A DNA stretch of 64,000 nt, from contig OX597816.1 in NCBI GenBank assembly GCA_951406725.2, positions 28,520,001-28,584,000 of the forward strand, read 5' to 3'. Origin of the DNA: Octopus vulgaris (Eukaryota). A program made the position numbers and the translations under genes. The notes beneath the pieces were generated by a model. It worked only from the letters and a program-made list of their open reading frames with translations. It was not told the DNA's origin and made no database searches. Below are positions 44,963 through 60,146 of this stretch, one piece after another (positions within the stretch are counted from its first letter, which is position 1; each line of letters opens with the position of its first letter).

Positions 44963-45359
44963 AAGGCGGCGAGCTGGCAGAAACGTTAGCACGCCGGGCG
45001 AAATGCTAAGCGGTATTTCGTCTGCCGTTATGTTCTGAGTTCAAATTCCGCCGAGGGGGACTTGCCTTTCATCCTTTCGTGGTCGATTAAATAATTACCA
45101 GTTACGCACTGGGGTCGATATAATCGACTGAATCCATTTTTTCTTTCCTTGTTTGTCCTCTCTATATATAGCTCCTTGTGGATAGTAAAGAAATAGGTAT
45201 TTTGGCTGCCGTTACGTTGTGAGTTCAAATTCCGCCGAGGTCGACTTTACCTTTCATCCTTTAAAGGTCGATATATTAAGTACCAGCTGAGTACTGGGGT
45301 CGACTTAATCGACTATCCTCCTCCCCCAAATTCCAATCTTTGTGCCTATAACAGAATGG

Positions 45360-45415
<56 letters not shown>

Positions 45416-45684
45416 GATTATTATTATTATTATTATTATTATAATTATTATTAAGGAGGCAAGATGACAGAATTGTTAACATGCCAGACAAAATGCTTAG
45501 CAGTATTTCGTCACTGTTTATGTTCGGAGTTATGTTTCTGCTCTGATCGACTTTACGTTTAATCATTTAGTGGTCGATAAAATAAGTACCAGTTGAGCAC
45601 TGGAGCCGATGTAGCCACCCCTCTGAACTTGCCGGCTTATGCACCCCTCTGAAGTTACCGGCTTTGTGCCTAAATTTGAAACTA

Positions 45685-45690
<6 letters not shown>
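44963..45690 (+). mobile_element. Family B SINE dimer plus an older copy, separated by (ATT)n
   Basis: Head AAGGCGGCGAGCTGGCAG and junction GAAATA-GGTATTT near 45215. Confidence 0.88.
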
Positions 45691-45748
<58 letters not shown>

Positions 45749-45753
45749 TATTA

Positions 45754-45808
<55 letters not shown>

Positions 45809-46520
45809 CATTATTATTATTATTATTGTTATTATTATTATTTTCTGTTCACAAATTCTGTATATCTCAATCAAATCTGGATTGGTAACTGGATCGACCC
45901 TGGAACGGTCTGTACGTATAGAAGTCAAAGATTAAGCATATGTTAGCCGTCGCTCTCCAGATTGTCTCACGCATTAATTATAATAATTGTCTGAAGAATA
46001 ATAACAATCTATAACATTTGAAAAAGTGGGTTATATGATGCTAACATCCCCCAGTACACGAATGACACTTTAATTGATCGACACCGGAGTAAAGAAAATC
46101 AAAGTTGATTCTGCGTCGTTTGAACTCAGAACGTAAAGAGCCGGAACAGATAATGTAAAGTATTTCCCCAATGCACCAATGATCCGCCAATCTATCACCC
46201 TCAAAATAATACTTTCTGGTATAGATATAAGACCTGAAATTTTGGCTGAAGATGATAGCCATTTATATCGATTCCAGTGTCTCTATCTCATAATAATAAC
46301 GCCAATAACGGTTTCAAATTATGGCTTAAGGACGTGATTCCAGAAGGGAAGGAAAATCGATTACATGGAACCCAGTTTTCTGTCGGTAATTTATTTTATC
46401 GATTCGAACGGATGAAAGACAACGTTGACCTTGACGGAATTTGAAATCAGAAGATAAATCCGGAAGAAATGTCGAAAATCATTTTGTCTGACGCGTTAAC
46501 TATGCCGCTAATTCGTCTCC

Positions 46521-47601
<1,081 letters not shown>

Positions 47602-47602
47602 G

Positions 47603-48078
47603 TGAAAGGCAAACCCGACCTCGGCGGAATTTGAACTCAGAACGTTAAGACTGTCGAAATACCTACTTCTTTACTGCCCACAAGGGGCTATACACAGTGG
47701 GGACAAACAAAGACAGACAAACGGATTAAGTCGATTATATCGGCCCCAGTATGTAACTGGTACTTATTTAATCGACCACGAAACGATGAAAGGCAAAGTC
47801 GACCTCGGCGGAATTTGAACTCAGAACATAACGGCAGATGGAATACCTATTTCTTTACTACCCACAAGGGGCTAAACACAGAGAGGACAAACAAGGACAG
47901 ACACATGGATTAAGTCGATTACATCGACCCCAGTGCGTAACTGGTACTTATTTAATCGACGCCGAAAGGATGAAAGGCAAAGTCAACCTCGGCGGAATTT
48001 GAACTCAGAACATAACGGCAGACGAGATACCGCTTAGCATTTCGCCCGGCGTACTAGCGATTCAACCAGCTCACTGCA
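47603..48078 (-). mobile_element. Family B SINE trimer
   Basis: One head and three bodies, with junctions near 47660 and 47845. Confidence 0.9.
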
Positions 48079-48107
48079 TTAATAATAATAATAATAATAA
48101 TAACAAC

Positions 48108-48195
<88 letters not shown>

Positions 48196-48199
48196 TAAA

Positions 48200-48282
<83 letters not shown>

Positions 48283-48759
48283 TAATAATAATAATAATAC
48301 TAATAATTTCATTTGGTTACCAAATAGTAGCAGTTGAGGAAGATATCACAAATATATCTTACAGCTTGTGCGGGGGTTTACGTAAAAGATGGAAAGGATG
48401 GCACAAGGTGTAAAATGAGATAAATAATTCCGTCATATACAAAATATGTGAATACGCTTATGACACGTTTCTCCAGTTACATGAAAATCACCAGCTAACG
48501 TCAGCCAAAGGATCCCCAAGGATCCAGGTTCTCAGGCTAAATAGGTTATAATCCATCTTGTCTAGACTACGTCTTTTCTTCCTAAACATTATTTTACTTT
48601 ACCACAATCATCCACCTTTTATCAAATTCATTGGGTAAGAACATTGCCCTCTGCACGCTTCTTTCCAAATGGAACTCGAACAAGCTGATTAATTTTCGAA
48701 CGAAGCAAAGTGAATTCTTCCATGTTAATATACCATACGCCGGTATTTACCACAGTCAC

Positions 48760-49361
48760 TAGCCAGAAGAACACCGTCTACCTCGTCTTGTTAAATTTGG
48801 GTGTTTGGGGCAAGGTGCACTAAAGCAGTACCAAGCAGTGGCTGTCATGACTTCTAATCTTAGTTGATTGGCAGTGTTATCATGTATATGTTTTTTTTTC
48901 TTGATATAAAAGATGGGCTACAACAAGAGTTCTGCTCTATACCACAGGGTTGCTTTTCAGTTGCTTGACCGTTACTAGTTGAGCATAGCCCTTAGTAGCT
49001 GATGATATATGCATCTCTGAACACGTGCAGGAATAGTGAAGGCGCTTTGTAGCCATGTGTTGAGAGGAATTCTTTGAGGTTTGAATAAGTTACCACTGAA
49101 AGCATGGGTGTTTTGTTCATCTTCCTTAAACAAACCTTATTCAGGGACCTTTTGGGCGGGAAACGCTACTAGACCTGAAGAAAATTCTAACTGGGCCCCA
49201 CCTGCATGGCCTTGCGTTGTTTATCGTGATACAAGATCAACATTTTGTCATAAAGCATAGTGTACCCTTATCAGATGGGTAGTCATGATGTGTATATTGG
49301 GCTTCGTATATTTGTACCTTACTGTCACTTTCATGGCATCATGCATTTCTCTCTCTCTTTC

Positions 49362-49397
<36 letters not shown>

Positions 49398-49398
49398 C
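48760..49398 (+). mobile_element. Probable non-LTR retroelement 3' segment with (AAT)n tail
   Basis: A more GC-rich non-simple segment ending CTCTCTCTTTC(AAT)n. No coding motif was recognised. Confidence 0.4.
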
Positions 49399-50435
49399 TT
49401 TACTACTATAGGCACAAAGCCTGAAATTTTGGAGGTAAGATCTAGTCAATTACATCATCTCCTGTACACGTTTGCTGCTTATTTCATGGACCACGAAAAA
49501 TGGTGAGATTTGAGCTCCGAATGTAAAGATGATCCTGTGGTCAACTTGTCTTTAATCAGGTGATTCCTTAGAACAATTCTGACCCCCCCCCCCCCCCAAA
49601 AAAAAAAAACGTAGCAGAAGAGTGACAAGAGAAAATATAATACAGATCCAGTTTTCTCTAGTATCTCTATCAACATTTGTTTCATAAATTCGTGACTAAA
49701 AAGAGGAAAAATGTAATCTGGTTCCGAAGGGGATTTGAAACCACTGCATCACAGAAGATCTCTAAGCACCTGCGACTCTTTTGCTTGATTCGCTGCCGAC
49801 TCTTCTATCCAGCTTTTTCGTTCAAACATAGCTTAAGACATTTAAAGACGTAGGTGAGGGAAAACTACTGAGAAAGGAAACAAGTTCTAAATGATTTTTA
49901 GGGGGGTAATTTCATAGCAATAGGCTCTCAATCAATTATTTTTCTTATAAAATCACAGTGGAATGTAAGCATATGCTGGGCTCTGATTGTGGATTGCTTA
50001 AAATAAAAGTCGAAGTAATTCCAGTTAGTTTTCCAAAAATATAGGGAAACTATAATTTTTTCTTACTTAATGTACATTTTCATGTGTGTGTGTATGTGTT
50101 TGTGTGCGCGTGTGTGAGTGTGTGTGCGCGCGTTCGTGCGTGTGTGTGAGTACATTTATGCGTGTGCGTTTGTGTGTGTGCGCTTGTGTGCCTGCGCATT
50201 TTTGTGTGTGTATGTATTTATTCATCTATCAGTCATCCTTCAATCTCTCGCATCTTTCTCTCTCTCTGTCTTTCTTTCTTTCGGACACACACACACACAC
50301 ACACACATACACATCTATATGAACAAAGACGTATATCTATCTATCTATCTGTCTGTCTAAAGATATTGTATATGTATTTATTTAAATATATAAACAAATG
50401 AATATATATATATATATGTGTATATATATATATAT

Positions 50436-50482
<47 letters not shown>

Positions 50483-53400
50483 TATACGTACATACCTGCA
50501 TACATACATGCATAGATACTTATGCGAGGGCAACAAACATATGCGTATACATACTAAAGTTTTAAGAGTAACCTTAAAAGACTATTACAGATAATTTAAT
50601 ATAAATAAGGAAGCACATTAGTCCACAGAACCACGTTAGAGGTTTTATTTAAAAAAAACTGAACCTTATAAAGACAGTATGGTATTAGGTGACAGTCATA
50701 CTTTTCAGGAGTGGGTGCAATACTAACTTAAATTGTAAGAATCTAACAGCAAAACGATGATTTTTCACTATAACATTACTGAATCTTCTCAAATACTAGT
50801 TCAGGACGGATTAAAGGTTGTGAAACATAATTCTAAGTAAAGGATATTATATGTTATTCTGTATAACAACAACAACAGTAAGGTTTTAAGTGGATTTAGC
50901 GGTGGTCTATCTGTTGTAAACATTGAAGACAGGTCACCCGTTTTGGATGATATAGCGCCCTTTCTCACAAAGTCTCGGAGGAACTGAGAAGACCGTATAG
51001 GCACTGCTCTTTCCCCTCAGGTCAAACATTTAACGAAGCAAAACTACTCTAGTACCAATTAGTACATGTTAGTGGCAGCACTGAAATCAACGACTCCCAA
51101 AGTCTTTCGGCAATACTATTAATAAGATCCGGGTTTTCCATTGGAGAGCGTTTATATAAGGACAAGGAGTAAACTATCCTAGCATTTTATTGCTGGTTTT
51201 GTTTTATGAACCCCTGGAATATACTGGTGTAATACTATATGTTGCAATGCAGTTAGACCCAATCTCTACAGCCTGTGTTAACTGGCTCGATTGCTATTAT
51301 TTTATCACTAAAAATTAAGCTCCCTACATATCTAATATTACCAAACGATATACAGTGGAACATTAAACTTGTGCCAAATCAAATTCGGGAACGTATTGCT
51401 CTTTCCTTTTACCTGGAGAAGTACATTTCAATGTATCGAAACCGCAACTCTCACTTTATAGTATATAGATGAATAGATGAAAAGATTAATATGCAGTTAC
51501 AGTAGCACAATCAAGCAACCAAAGAGTTTTGTTTTTAGTTGTTTGCTTGATGAACTAGAAACACCAGCAAATGTCCCCCAAACCACGCCTCACTCTCTTC
51601 AAAAATCAAAAAGAAAGAAAGACATGATAAAATGTTCCGTAAAAAATGCTGAGATGCTCGTTGTAAGAAGGTTTTCATTCTAAGTGTTCTCAGTGAAGCC
51701 TGATTAGGGGCTGAAAATCCACAACAAAACTATCAACGGCAAAACAACAACAACAACAAAAGCAACAATAAGGGAAGTGAGAAAGACGTTGTAGAGAAAT
51801 ATAGAGAAGAAATAACTTACGGGTTTTGTTGAAAGAGGCGTCACCAATCCGTCTATGTTTAGCTTTAACCAGCTCTGGTTTAGTAACAAGTATTTAGTCC
51901 TCTGTAATTGCAATTAGCTGGGTTTCGAATCTAAGTTCATTGTAGATTTTAGGTAACAAATATATATACACAGTCACACGCACAGAGAAAACTCTTGTTT
52001 CGCAAACGTCATACGAGGTATATTAAAAGGAGGAAAAATATAAAGAATTTTATAAAGAATACTCATGGAAATAAGATGTCTTATGATATAGAACATAAAA
52101 CTTGGAAATATACCCACCCTCAAAAAAAAAAAAATGTAAAATTATTTTTGTTTTAGAAATAACATATTTTAACCATTAGAATTCTTGTTATTTTTTGTCT
52201 GTTTTTAGATTCTCAGAATTCATTTTTTCTGCTTGGCCACTGCTCCTTGCTGTACATGGACGTGTGTATAGATACATTGTACTGTTACTAACCAAAATAT
52301 ACATATATGTACTCAAGTGTGTATATTTGCGTCTCTAGAGGTGAATGTGCGCGCGTGCATTTGGCTATATACATAAACAAGAATTATTATATCCTTTCAT
52401 TTTGGTGCAATTTAATACATTTATAAGAATAATCATGATAATCCTTTGAGGTATATGAGTGCAATTTTATGCATATGTGTATGTGCATATATATATATAT
52501 ATATGTTTGTGTATTATATACGTGTTGTGAGTGTGCAGGGGTTAGTTTTCGGTATATGTGTGCCTTTAACAATTATCATGCACAAACACATTAAACAAGG
52601 CTATTTGTGCATCGTCGCTTATTTCAAAATGAGATTTTCATCTATTCACACACACGCACTCGTACACGCACACACGCACGCGAGCGTCGACATCCTTAGT
52701 ATGGAAAGGATGAAGACTATGATGGTAATGATGGCGGTAATGACGAAGGTGACGATGGCGGCGGTACCGGTGCTGGTGGTGATGGTGGTGGTGGTGGTGG
52801 TGGATGTATTTGTGAAGATGATGGTGACAGTAATGATGTGTATCGCGTATTGTGTCTCCGAGTATGTCTATGAACCTGTGTGGTTTTTGCGCATTTGCAT
52901 GGGTGTATATGCGCGTATGTATGTATGTGTGCGTGACTACGCGGTTTTTGTATGATCTGATGCAGTATTATGCATAAATGTGTTTATAACCATGCGTGTG
53001 TGCGAGCATGTGTGAGCGTGTGTGAGAGTGTGTGTGAGTGTGCGTCGAGGTGTGAGTATGTGATTGTGTGTGTGTGTGTATGTCTAAACACCTATTAGCA
53101 AATTCAAGTTTTCTGTCATCCAAACACTATTCTATGCAATATTGTTTTGTTGTTGTTGTTAACGTAGTGGTTGATACCATCATCATTATCGTCATCATTT
53201 CCATCATCTTTATCTCCTGAGAAAGTTATTTCTTAATATTGTTGCTGTTATTATTATTATACGTAATTTCTTTTCTTAAATGATATTAAGTTCACGCACG
53301 CTTATTATTTTTTTCCTTTCTTACTCACATAAGATTGTGTTGCTAGAATTATTATTAGTAAAATTAGCAATTTTTTGGTATTAGTAGTAGTAGTAGTTGT

Positions 53401-53736
53401 GAATCGTTTATAATTGTCGTTTGTACACGGTTATTAAAATCATGCAGATATACATTCGTGTGAGTGGTTATATGTTTCTATCTTTATATATGTATATATG
53501 TATATATATGCGTATGTGTGTGTGTGTTCTTTCCTTGTTTCCGTTTAAATATCAAGGATACGTTACTATATAAGATTACGTATCATCACGTATCTCGTTC
53601 AAACTTCATGTGTTTGCTCCGGCGAACTTTTCTCATGATTGAAGGTAAAATTCCCAACAAGGTCCTTCCGCTTGCAGTTTGGATTCGGATGAAGAGGCAA
53701 AAAAGTACGCATATATGCGTGCGTGTGTGTGTCTGT

Positions 53737-53771
<35 letters not shown>

Positions 53772-53806
53772 TTGTGTATGTATATATGTGAATGTTTGTT
53801 TGTTTG

Positions 53807-53846
<40 letters not shown>

Positions 53847-54284
53847 TGTGTAAAAACAGTCCGACACCCACAACAGGTGAGGTTTTTCGCTCAACGTTGC
53901 ATGTTCACATCTTTGCAGGAGACGAGGAGGCCGTTTTGTAACAACGTGTAGTTCTCTTTCCGTACCAACACTCACATACGTACGTACACACACACACTCT
54001 CACACGCACACGCACACACACACACACGCACACACACACACACAGAGAAACGGATTTCTCTATACTTTGTTTCACAACTCGATCCCTCTCTGCCTCTCTT
54101 TCTCTCTCACGCCTCACTTGCTTTTTTTTTTTTATCTGTCCCTCTTCTTCTCTCACATACGTACATGTGCGCACACGCTGTTTATCATCGCTCCCCACAG
54201 GTTGTGTAGTTGTTAGGTTCGATGCGTGTTGTTGGTGTGTGTGTCAGTAAGCAACGTAAATTGTGAGGTATATATATGTATATA

Positions 54285-54353
<69 letters not shown>

Positions 54354-54589
54354 ATATATATGTATGTTATGTATGTATATTTCTCTGTGTGTGTGTGCGT
54401 AGTGTTTGTGTGTGTGTGTGTGGATGTTATTGCATGTGTGTGTGTGTGTTTGGAGGGAGCTGCTGTTGCTACTGTTACGGCAGCAGCATCTACCGTTGCT
54501 ACTGCAACTCCAACTGCCGCCGCTACTGTTGTTCTTCTTGTTGTTCTTCCCTCTGCTGCAGCGAGATACGACTGCTGTGACAGCTCCGA

Positions 54590-54615
54590 CTACCACAACA
54601 ACAACCACAACCACA

Positions 54616-54653
<38 letters not shown>

Positions 54654-54776
54654 CACAACAACCACAACAAGCACAACTACTATTACTACTACCACAACAA
54701 CCATAACAAGCACACCTACTACTACCACAACAACCACAACTACTACTAATACTACTACTAATACTACTACTAATAC

Positions 54777-54809
<33 letters not shown>

Positions 54810-54889
54810 CACTACTACTATTACCACAACAACCACAACAACCACAACTACTACTACTAATACTACTACTACTACTGCTGCTGCTGTTG

Positions 54890-54928
<39 letters not shown>

Positions 54929-55086
54929 TCACTACTACTACTAATACTACTGCTGTTGCTGCACCTAAAGCAACAACAACAACAACAAAAAATAACTTGA
55001 AATGCTACAACAACCAGTAACAACTACAACTATACCTACCACTGCACTACAAGTATAACAACCACGATATCTCAAAATATAGCCAG

Positions 55087-55158
<72 letters not shown>

Positions 55159-55160
55159 TT
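54590..55160. repeat. Compound (ACT)n/(ACA/ACC)n trinucleotide array
   Basis: Seen directly. It is the source of the Thr/Val/Ser-rich ORFs. Confidence 0.93.
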
Positions 55161-55823
55161 ATAGCAATGGTAGTTGTTTTGTTGTGTTGTTGATTTACAG
55201 AAGACCCATGGACTCATGGTGTGACGACTTTATTTGGTCGCTTGTCTAGCTAGAAATAGCAGTCAAATACCTCCCATATTAGAGCTCACGGACTTAAAGG
55301 AAAAAGAAAGAAGTTATTAGATACTAAGCTTAAGCTACACACACTCACTTGTTCTCTGTACATATATATATATACATACATAAATGGGTGATGGGCAAGG
55401 CTGGAACTACGGTGCGATGCATGATAACCTCAGGTTAATAAACAACATTAGCATTTAGTCTGGCTGAAGAGCGAGCGCCGAAAGCAGCTGAGCCATCGCT
55501 CGAAGTGCTAGAAATAGCACTCAATATTCATATCAGTCGAATAACAACAACCACAGCAACAGCAACAGCAACAGCAACAAAACAAGAATAATTAAAATAC
55601 TGGGGGGAGGGGGATAAGTGGTTTACACCGGTTCCACTGTTCAACTGGGACTTAATTTATCGAACTCGAAAGCATGAAAGGCAAAGTCTAATTCTGCTAA
55701 GGTCAACTTTCACTTTCGTCCTTTCCCGGTCGATAAATTAAGTACCAGTGAACCACTGGGGTCGATGTAATCTATTGTTCCCCTCTCACCAAAATTTCAG
55801 GCATTGTGCATTTCGTAGAAAGG

Positions 55824-55944
<121 letters not shown>

Positions 55945-56518
55945 GGCGTGAGCTGGCAGAGTCGCTACCGCGCCGGGCGAAATGCTTTAGCTGTTTTTCG
56001 TCCGTCTTTACGTTTTTGAGTTCAGAATCTGCCTTTTTAACCTTTCGTGCATGATTAAATATGTAGAAGATCAGCAGTGGGATCGATGTAATCGATTATC
56101 CCCTTCTTCCACATTCAGGCCTTGTGTCTATAGTATAAAGGGTTATTATTATCATTACTAAGGCGGCGAGCTGGCAGAATCGTTAGCACGCCGGGCGAAA
56201 TGCTGAACAGTATTTCGTCTGCCGCTACGTTCTGAGTTCAAATTCCGCGAGGTCGACTTTGCCTTTCATCATTTCGGGGTCGATTAAATAAGTACCAGTT
56301 ACGCACTGGTGTCGATATAATCGACTTAATTCGTTTGTCTGTGTTTAGCTCCTTGTGGGTAGGAAAGAAATATGTATTTCTTCTGCCGCTACGTTCTGAG
56401 TTCAAATTCTGCCGAGGTCGACTTTTCCTTTCATCCTTTCGGAGTCGATAAATTAAGTACCTGTTGCATACTAAAGTCGATCTAATCGACAGCCCCCTCC
56501 CCCTCTCGAATAGAAAAG

Positions 56519-56578
<60 letters not shown>

Positions 56579-57610
56579 AAGCGGCGAGCTAGCAGAATCA
56601 CTACCGCCCCGGGCAAAATGCTTAGCGTTATTTCGTCTGCTGCTACAGACTTAGTTCAAATGCCGCCGGGGTCGACTTTGTCTTTCCTCCTTTCGGGGTC
56701 GATTAAACAAGAACCAATTGCGCACTTTGGTCATGTCCCTTCCTCTAAATTTAAGGCCTCGTACTTCAAGTAGAAAGGATTATTATTATTATTAGTAGTA
56801 GTAGTAGTATTCCGCAGATATGGTGCTATTTCTAGCACATCAAGAGACGGTTCAGTGGCTTTCGGCGCTCTTTCTTCAGCCGTACTTGATTTTATTGTTG
56901 TTTTTTTAACACCAGCAATAGGACCTTGTATAATAGAACCTGGATTTGATAACAGTTTTGCTTTATGAAAGCTAATCAAGTGGTAGAACCAAGAGAACGA
57001 CGACGGATCCAGCAAATACTATTCAATTTTCGAGGTCAATCAGAGTTCACACATTGCTTATCGTTGCAGTCGGAAACGATGGTGCGTCGGAAAAATGCTC
57101 ACAATACTTTCTCCGACTCTTTATATCCTGAGTTCAAATTACACCAAGGTCGACTTTGGGAAGTATCAGCTGAGTTCCCTAAATTTACTGCCGTTATGCC
57201 GGCAAGCTGGCAGAAAGGTTAGCACGCCGGGCGAAATGCTTTGCGGTATTTCGTCTGCCGCTACGTTCTGAGTTCAAATTCCGCCGAGGTCGACTTTGCC
57301 TTTCACCCGTTCGGGGTCGATTAAATAAGTACCAGTTACGCTCTGGGGTCGATATAATCGACTTAAACCCTTTGTCTGTCCTGCTTTGTCCCCTCTGTGT
57401 TTAGCCCCTTGTGGGTAGTAAAGAAATAGGTATTTCGTCTGCCGTTACGTTCTGAGTTCATATTCCGCCGAGGTCGACTTTGCCTTTTATCCTTTCGGAG
57501 TCGATTAATTAAGTACCAGTGACGCACTGGGGTCGATCTAATCGACTTAATCCCTTTGTCTGTCCTTGTTTGTCCCATCTATGTTTAGCCCCTTGTGGGC
57601 AATAAAGAAA
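55945..57610 (+). mobile_element. Cluster of family B SINEs including dimers at 56161-56520 and 57200-57610
   Basis: Multiple heads and bodies, with junctions GAAATA-(G/T)GTATTTC near 56372 and 57428. Confidence 0.88.
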
Positions 57611-57693
57611 AAAAAAATTAAACCATTGCTATGATCCTCGTTGTTGTTGCTGTTATTAAAATTATTTTAACTACTACACTACTACTGCTACTG

Positions 57694-57752
<59 letters not shown>

Positions 57753-58016
57753 GCTACTACTACTACTACTACTACATTTTGACCGCTATCGAACTCATAT
57801 CAGTGATCAGAAATTTAGGCTAGCCGATAATATCGAATCCTGAAAAATTCATATCACAAGTGTGCGTAAGAGCAGTCGGCCGGGACAAGATTTGAACCCA
57901 GAGCATAAACGGTCGGATCTACCACAGCAAAGTATTTTTTTGATCCCAAAACGTCAAGTTGCTGATTTACTCCACGATATTATTAACGGAATAGATAAGA
58001 TATTCGTCATTGGTAT

Positions 58017-58066
<50 letters not shown>

Positions 58067-58241
58067 ATTGGAGGGGATGAGGAAGGGGTGGAGGCGGTGG
58101 AGTTGATGGCAGCTGTCATCGTGGAGTGATGGTGAGCTGGTGGTGGTGGTCCTACTGCTTTTGTTGTGTGGTTTAGTATGTTCGGAGTTAAAGTTGTGCG
58201 ATGCAGTATAGTTTTCTACAAGCTGAGCGACCTGTATGTAC

Positions 58242-58293
<52 letters not shown>

Positions 58294-58323
58294 TTGTGTG
58301 TGTATACCTATATATATATAGGT

Positions 58324-58355
<32 letters not shown>

Positions 58356-58760
58356 TTATATATACATACATATATATGTGTGTGTGTATACGTGTGTGAA
58401 TATGTATATATATTATCTATCTATCTACCTATATATACTTAAACATATCTACACACACACACACACACACAATGCACACACATATATATATGCATATATG
58501 TGTGGAGTGTATGTATGTGAGCGCGCGCACGTGTGTGTATGTGTTTGTGCATGTGTATAAAAAAAAGAAAACAGTGAGAAAGCGAGTAAGACTGGTTCCT
58601 GCATTCCAGTTTCTGCCTATCTACCGTATGTATTACTACATTTATCGATCTATCTAATTTTCTACCTATTACTCCCTAGCCTATATATCGATTTACAAAT
58701 CTCCCCTTTCGCAACGTAAGCTTTCATCAATACATGAATACACACACACACAAACACACA

Positions 58761-58811
<51 letters not shown>

Positions 58812-59195
58812 CTAACATGCACTGTTACGTACTCTTGCCTGTGTGTGTGTATGTGCGTGTGTTTGTATATTTGCATAGTAGTATAGCTCCACGTTTGTGT
58901 GCATGTCAAAGTATAACTCTATGTATATATTAATCTATATATTAATGACAGAAACATTTATGGATATAGTATTTCATGCCTGCTTGTTAGAAAGAGTAAA
59001 TATCTCTGATGCACGATAATTATGTTTTTTCCTTCTATTTTTTTCTTTTTTGTTGTTGCTAGTAACGTTTTTATTTGCTTTGTAGATCTGTGGAAATTCT
59101 ACCGGTGAGTGTTTTAAATTATAAAGTATTAAAAGAGAATGACTCTCCCCAGACGCAACAGAATATATGTATGTACATATATATCTATATATTAT

Positions 59196-59510
59196 ATTTA
59201 TGCGCCCTTTTCCAGCTTAGCCAGACTCATGGGCCCAGTTTCCCGGTTTCTGTTGCGTATGTGCCCCACCTCCCCTCAGCTGGACGGGACGCTAGTCCAT
59301 CGCAGCGTTACTCAAGAAACAAGCAGAAAGAGTGAGAGGAAGTTGGGGCGAAAGAGTACAACAGAGGGCGCCACTACCCCGTGCTGGAGCCTGGTGGAGC
59401 TTTAGGTGTTTTCGCTCAATAAACACACACAACGCCCGGTCTGGGAATCGAAACCGTGATCCTCCGACCGTGAGTCCGCTACCCTAACCACTGGGCCATT
59501 GCGACTCCAC
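59196..59510 (-). mobile_element. SINE family C copy with a different 3' tail
   Basis: The head matches the 31565 copy. The tail contains GCGATGGACTAGCGTCCCGTCCAG, a V/Meta-domain-like motif. Confidence 0.85.
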
Positions 59511-59686
59511 ACACACACACACACGCGCACACACACTCACACACATAATATATATGTTCTTTCTACTAAAGACACAAGCCCTGAAAGTTGTGGGGAGAGG
59601 AGTACTCGATTACATCGCCCCCAGTGTTTCACATGTACTTAATATATCGATATTTTTATTTGTAAAATATACAAATAAATAAAGAA

Positions 59687-60087
59687 GGCTATCAGAATAA
59701 TACCAGTTGCTAGAAAGAGGAGCTAACACTCCAAAACCATACATTCCTCACTTTTACTAAATACATACGGTGAATGCAACGAATATAATAAAATATGCTT
59801 ATCTTGTATAAGCTATAAAGCAAGGAAACGATATCTTGGTGTCAATTGATTTCACCTTTTGCGCCTTTGTACTCAATGATCTTGAACCTGGCTGACGAAC
59901 CTTGAGTACGAAGGTAAAAAGGTGAAATCGCTTGATACCGAGATATCTGTATCTTGCTTTGTAGTTTCTACAAGTTAAGCCGGTTTTATTATATTCATTG
60001 CAATCACCGTGCGTATTTATTAATAGCGAAAACTTTGTTTTGGTGTGTTCGCTCCCCTTTCTAGCAAGTGATATTTTTCTGACACCC
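59687..60087. mobile_element. ORF-less 400-bp foldback element with a hammerhead at its centre
   Basis: 59687-59878 is complementary to about 59900-60087. It abuts (TA)n. Confidence 0.82.
59888..59942 (+). ncRNA. Type I hammerhead ribozyme-like motif
   Basis: TGG-CTGACGA-ACCTT..AAGGT-GAAA-TC-GCTT-GA-TA-CCG has all core nucleotides, with stems I (short), II and III. Confidence 0.68.
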
Positions 60088-60091
60088 AACT

Positions 60092-60145
<54 letters not shown>

Positions 60146-60146
60146 T

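Noticed and set aside
47603-48078. Regularly spaced repeats suggestive of a CRISPR-like array
   Set aside because: The units are whole SINE bodies with no unique spacers, in a eukaryotic context.
49958-49980. TGGAATGTAA, a miR-1-like seed
   Set aside because: The remainder does not match miR-1 and there is no flanking hairpin.
54406-55020. Thr-rich mucin-like ORF of 204 aa
   Set aside because: It starts in a TG microsatellite, has no credible splice or start context, and the array continues past the stop.
55462-55520. CTGAAGA...GAAA motif resembling a hammerhead (inverted relative at about 56820-56885)
   Set aside because: Stems II and III are not properly formed and are not conserved in the second copy. 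It is part of an old dispersed repeat.
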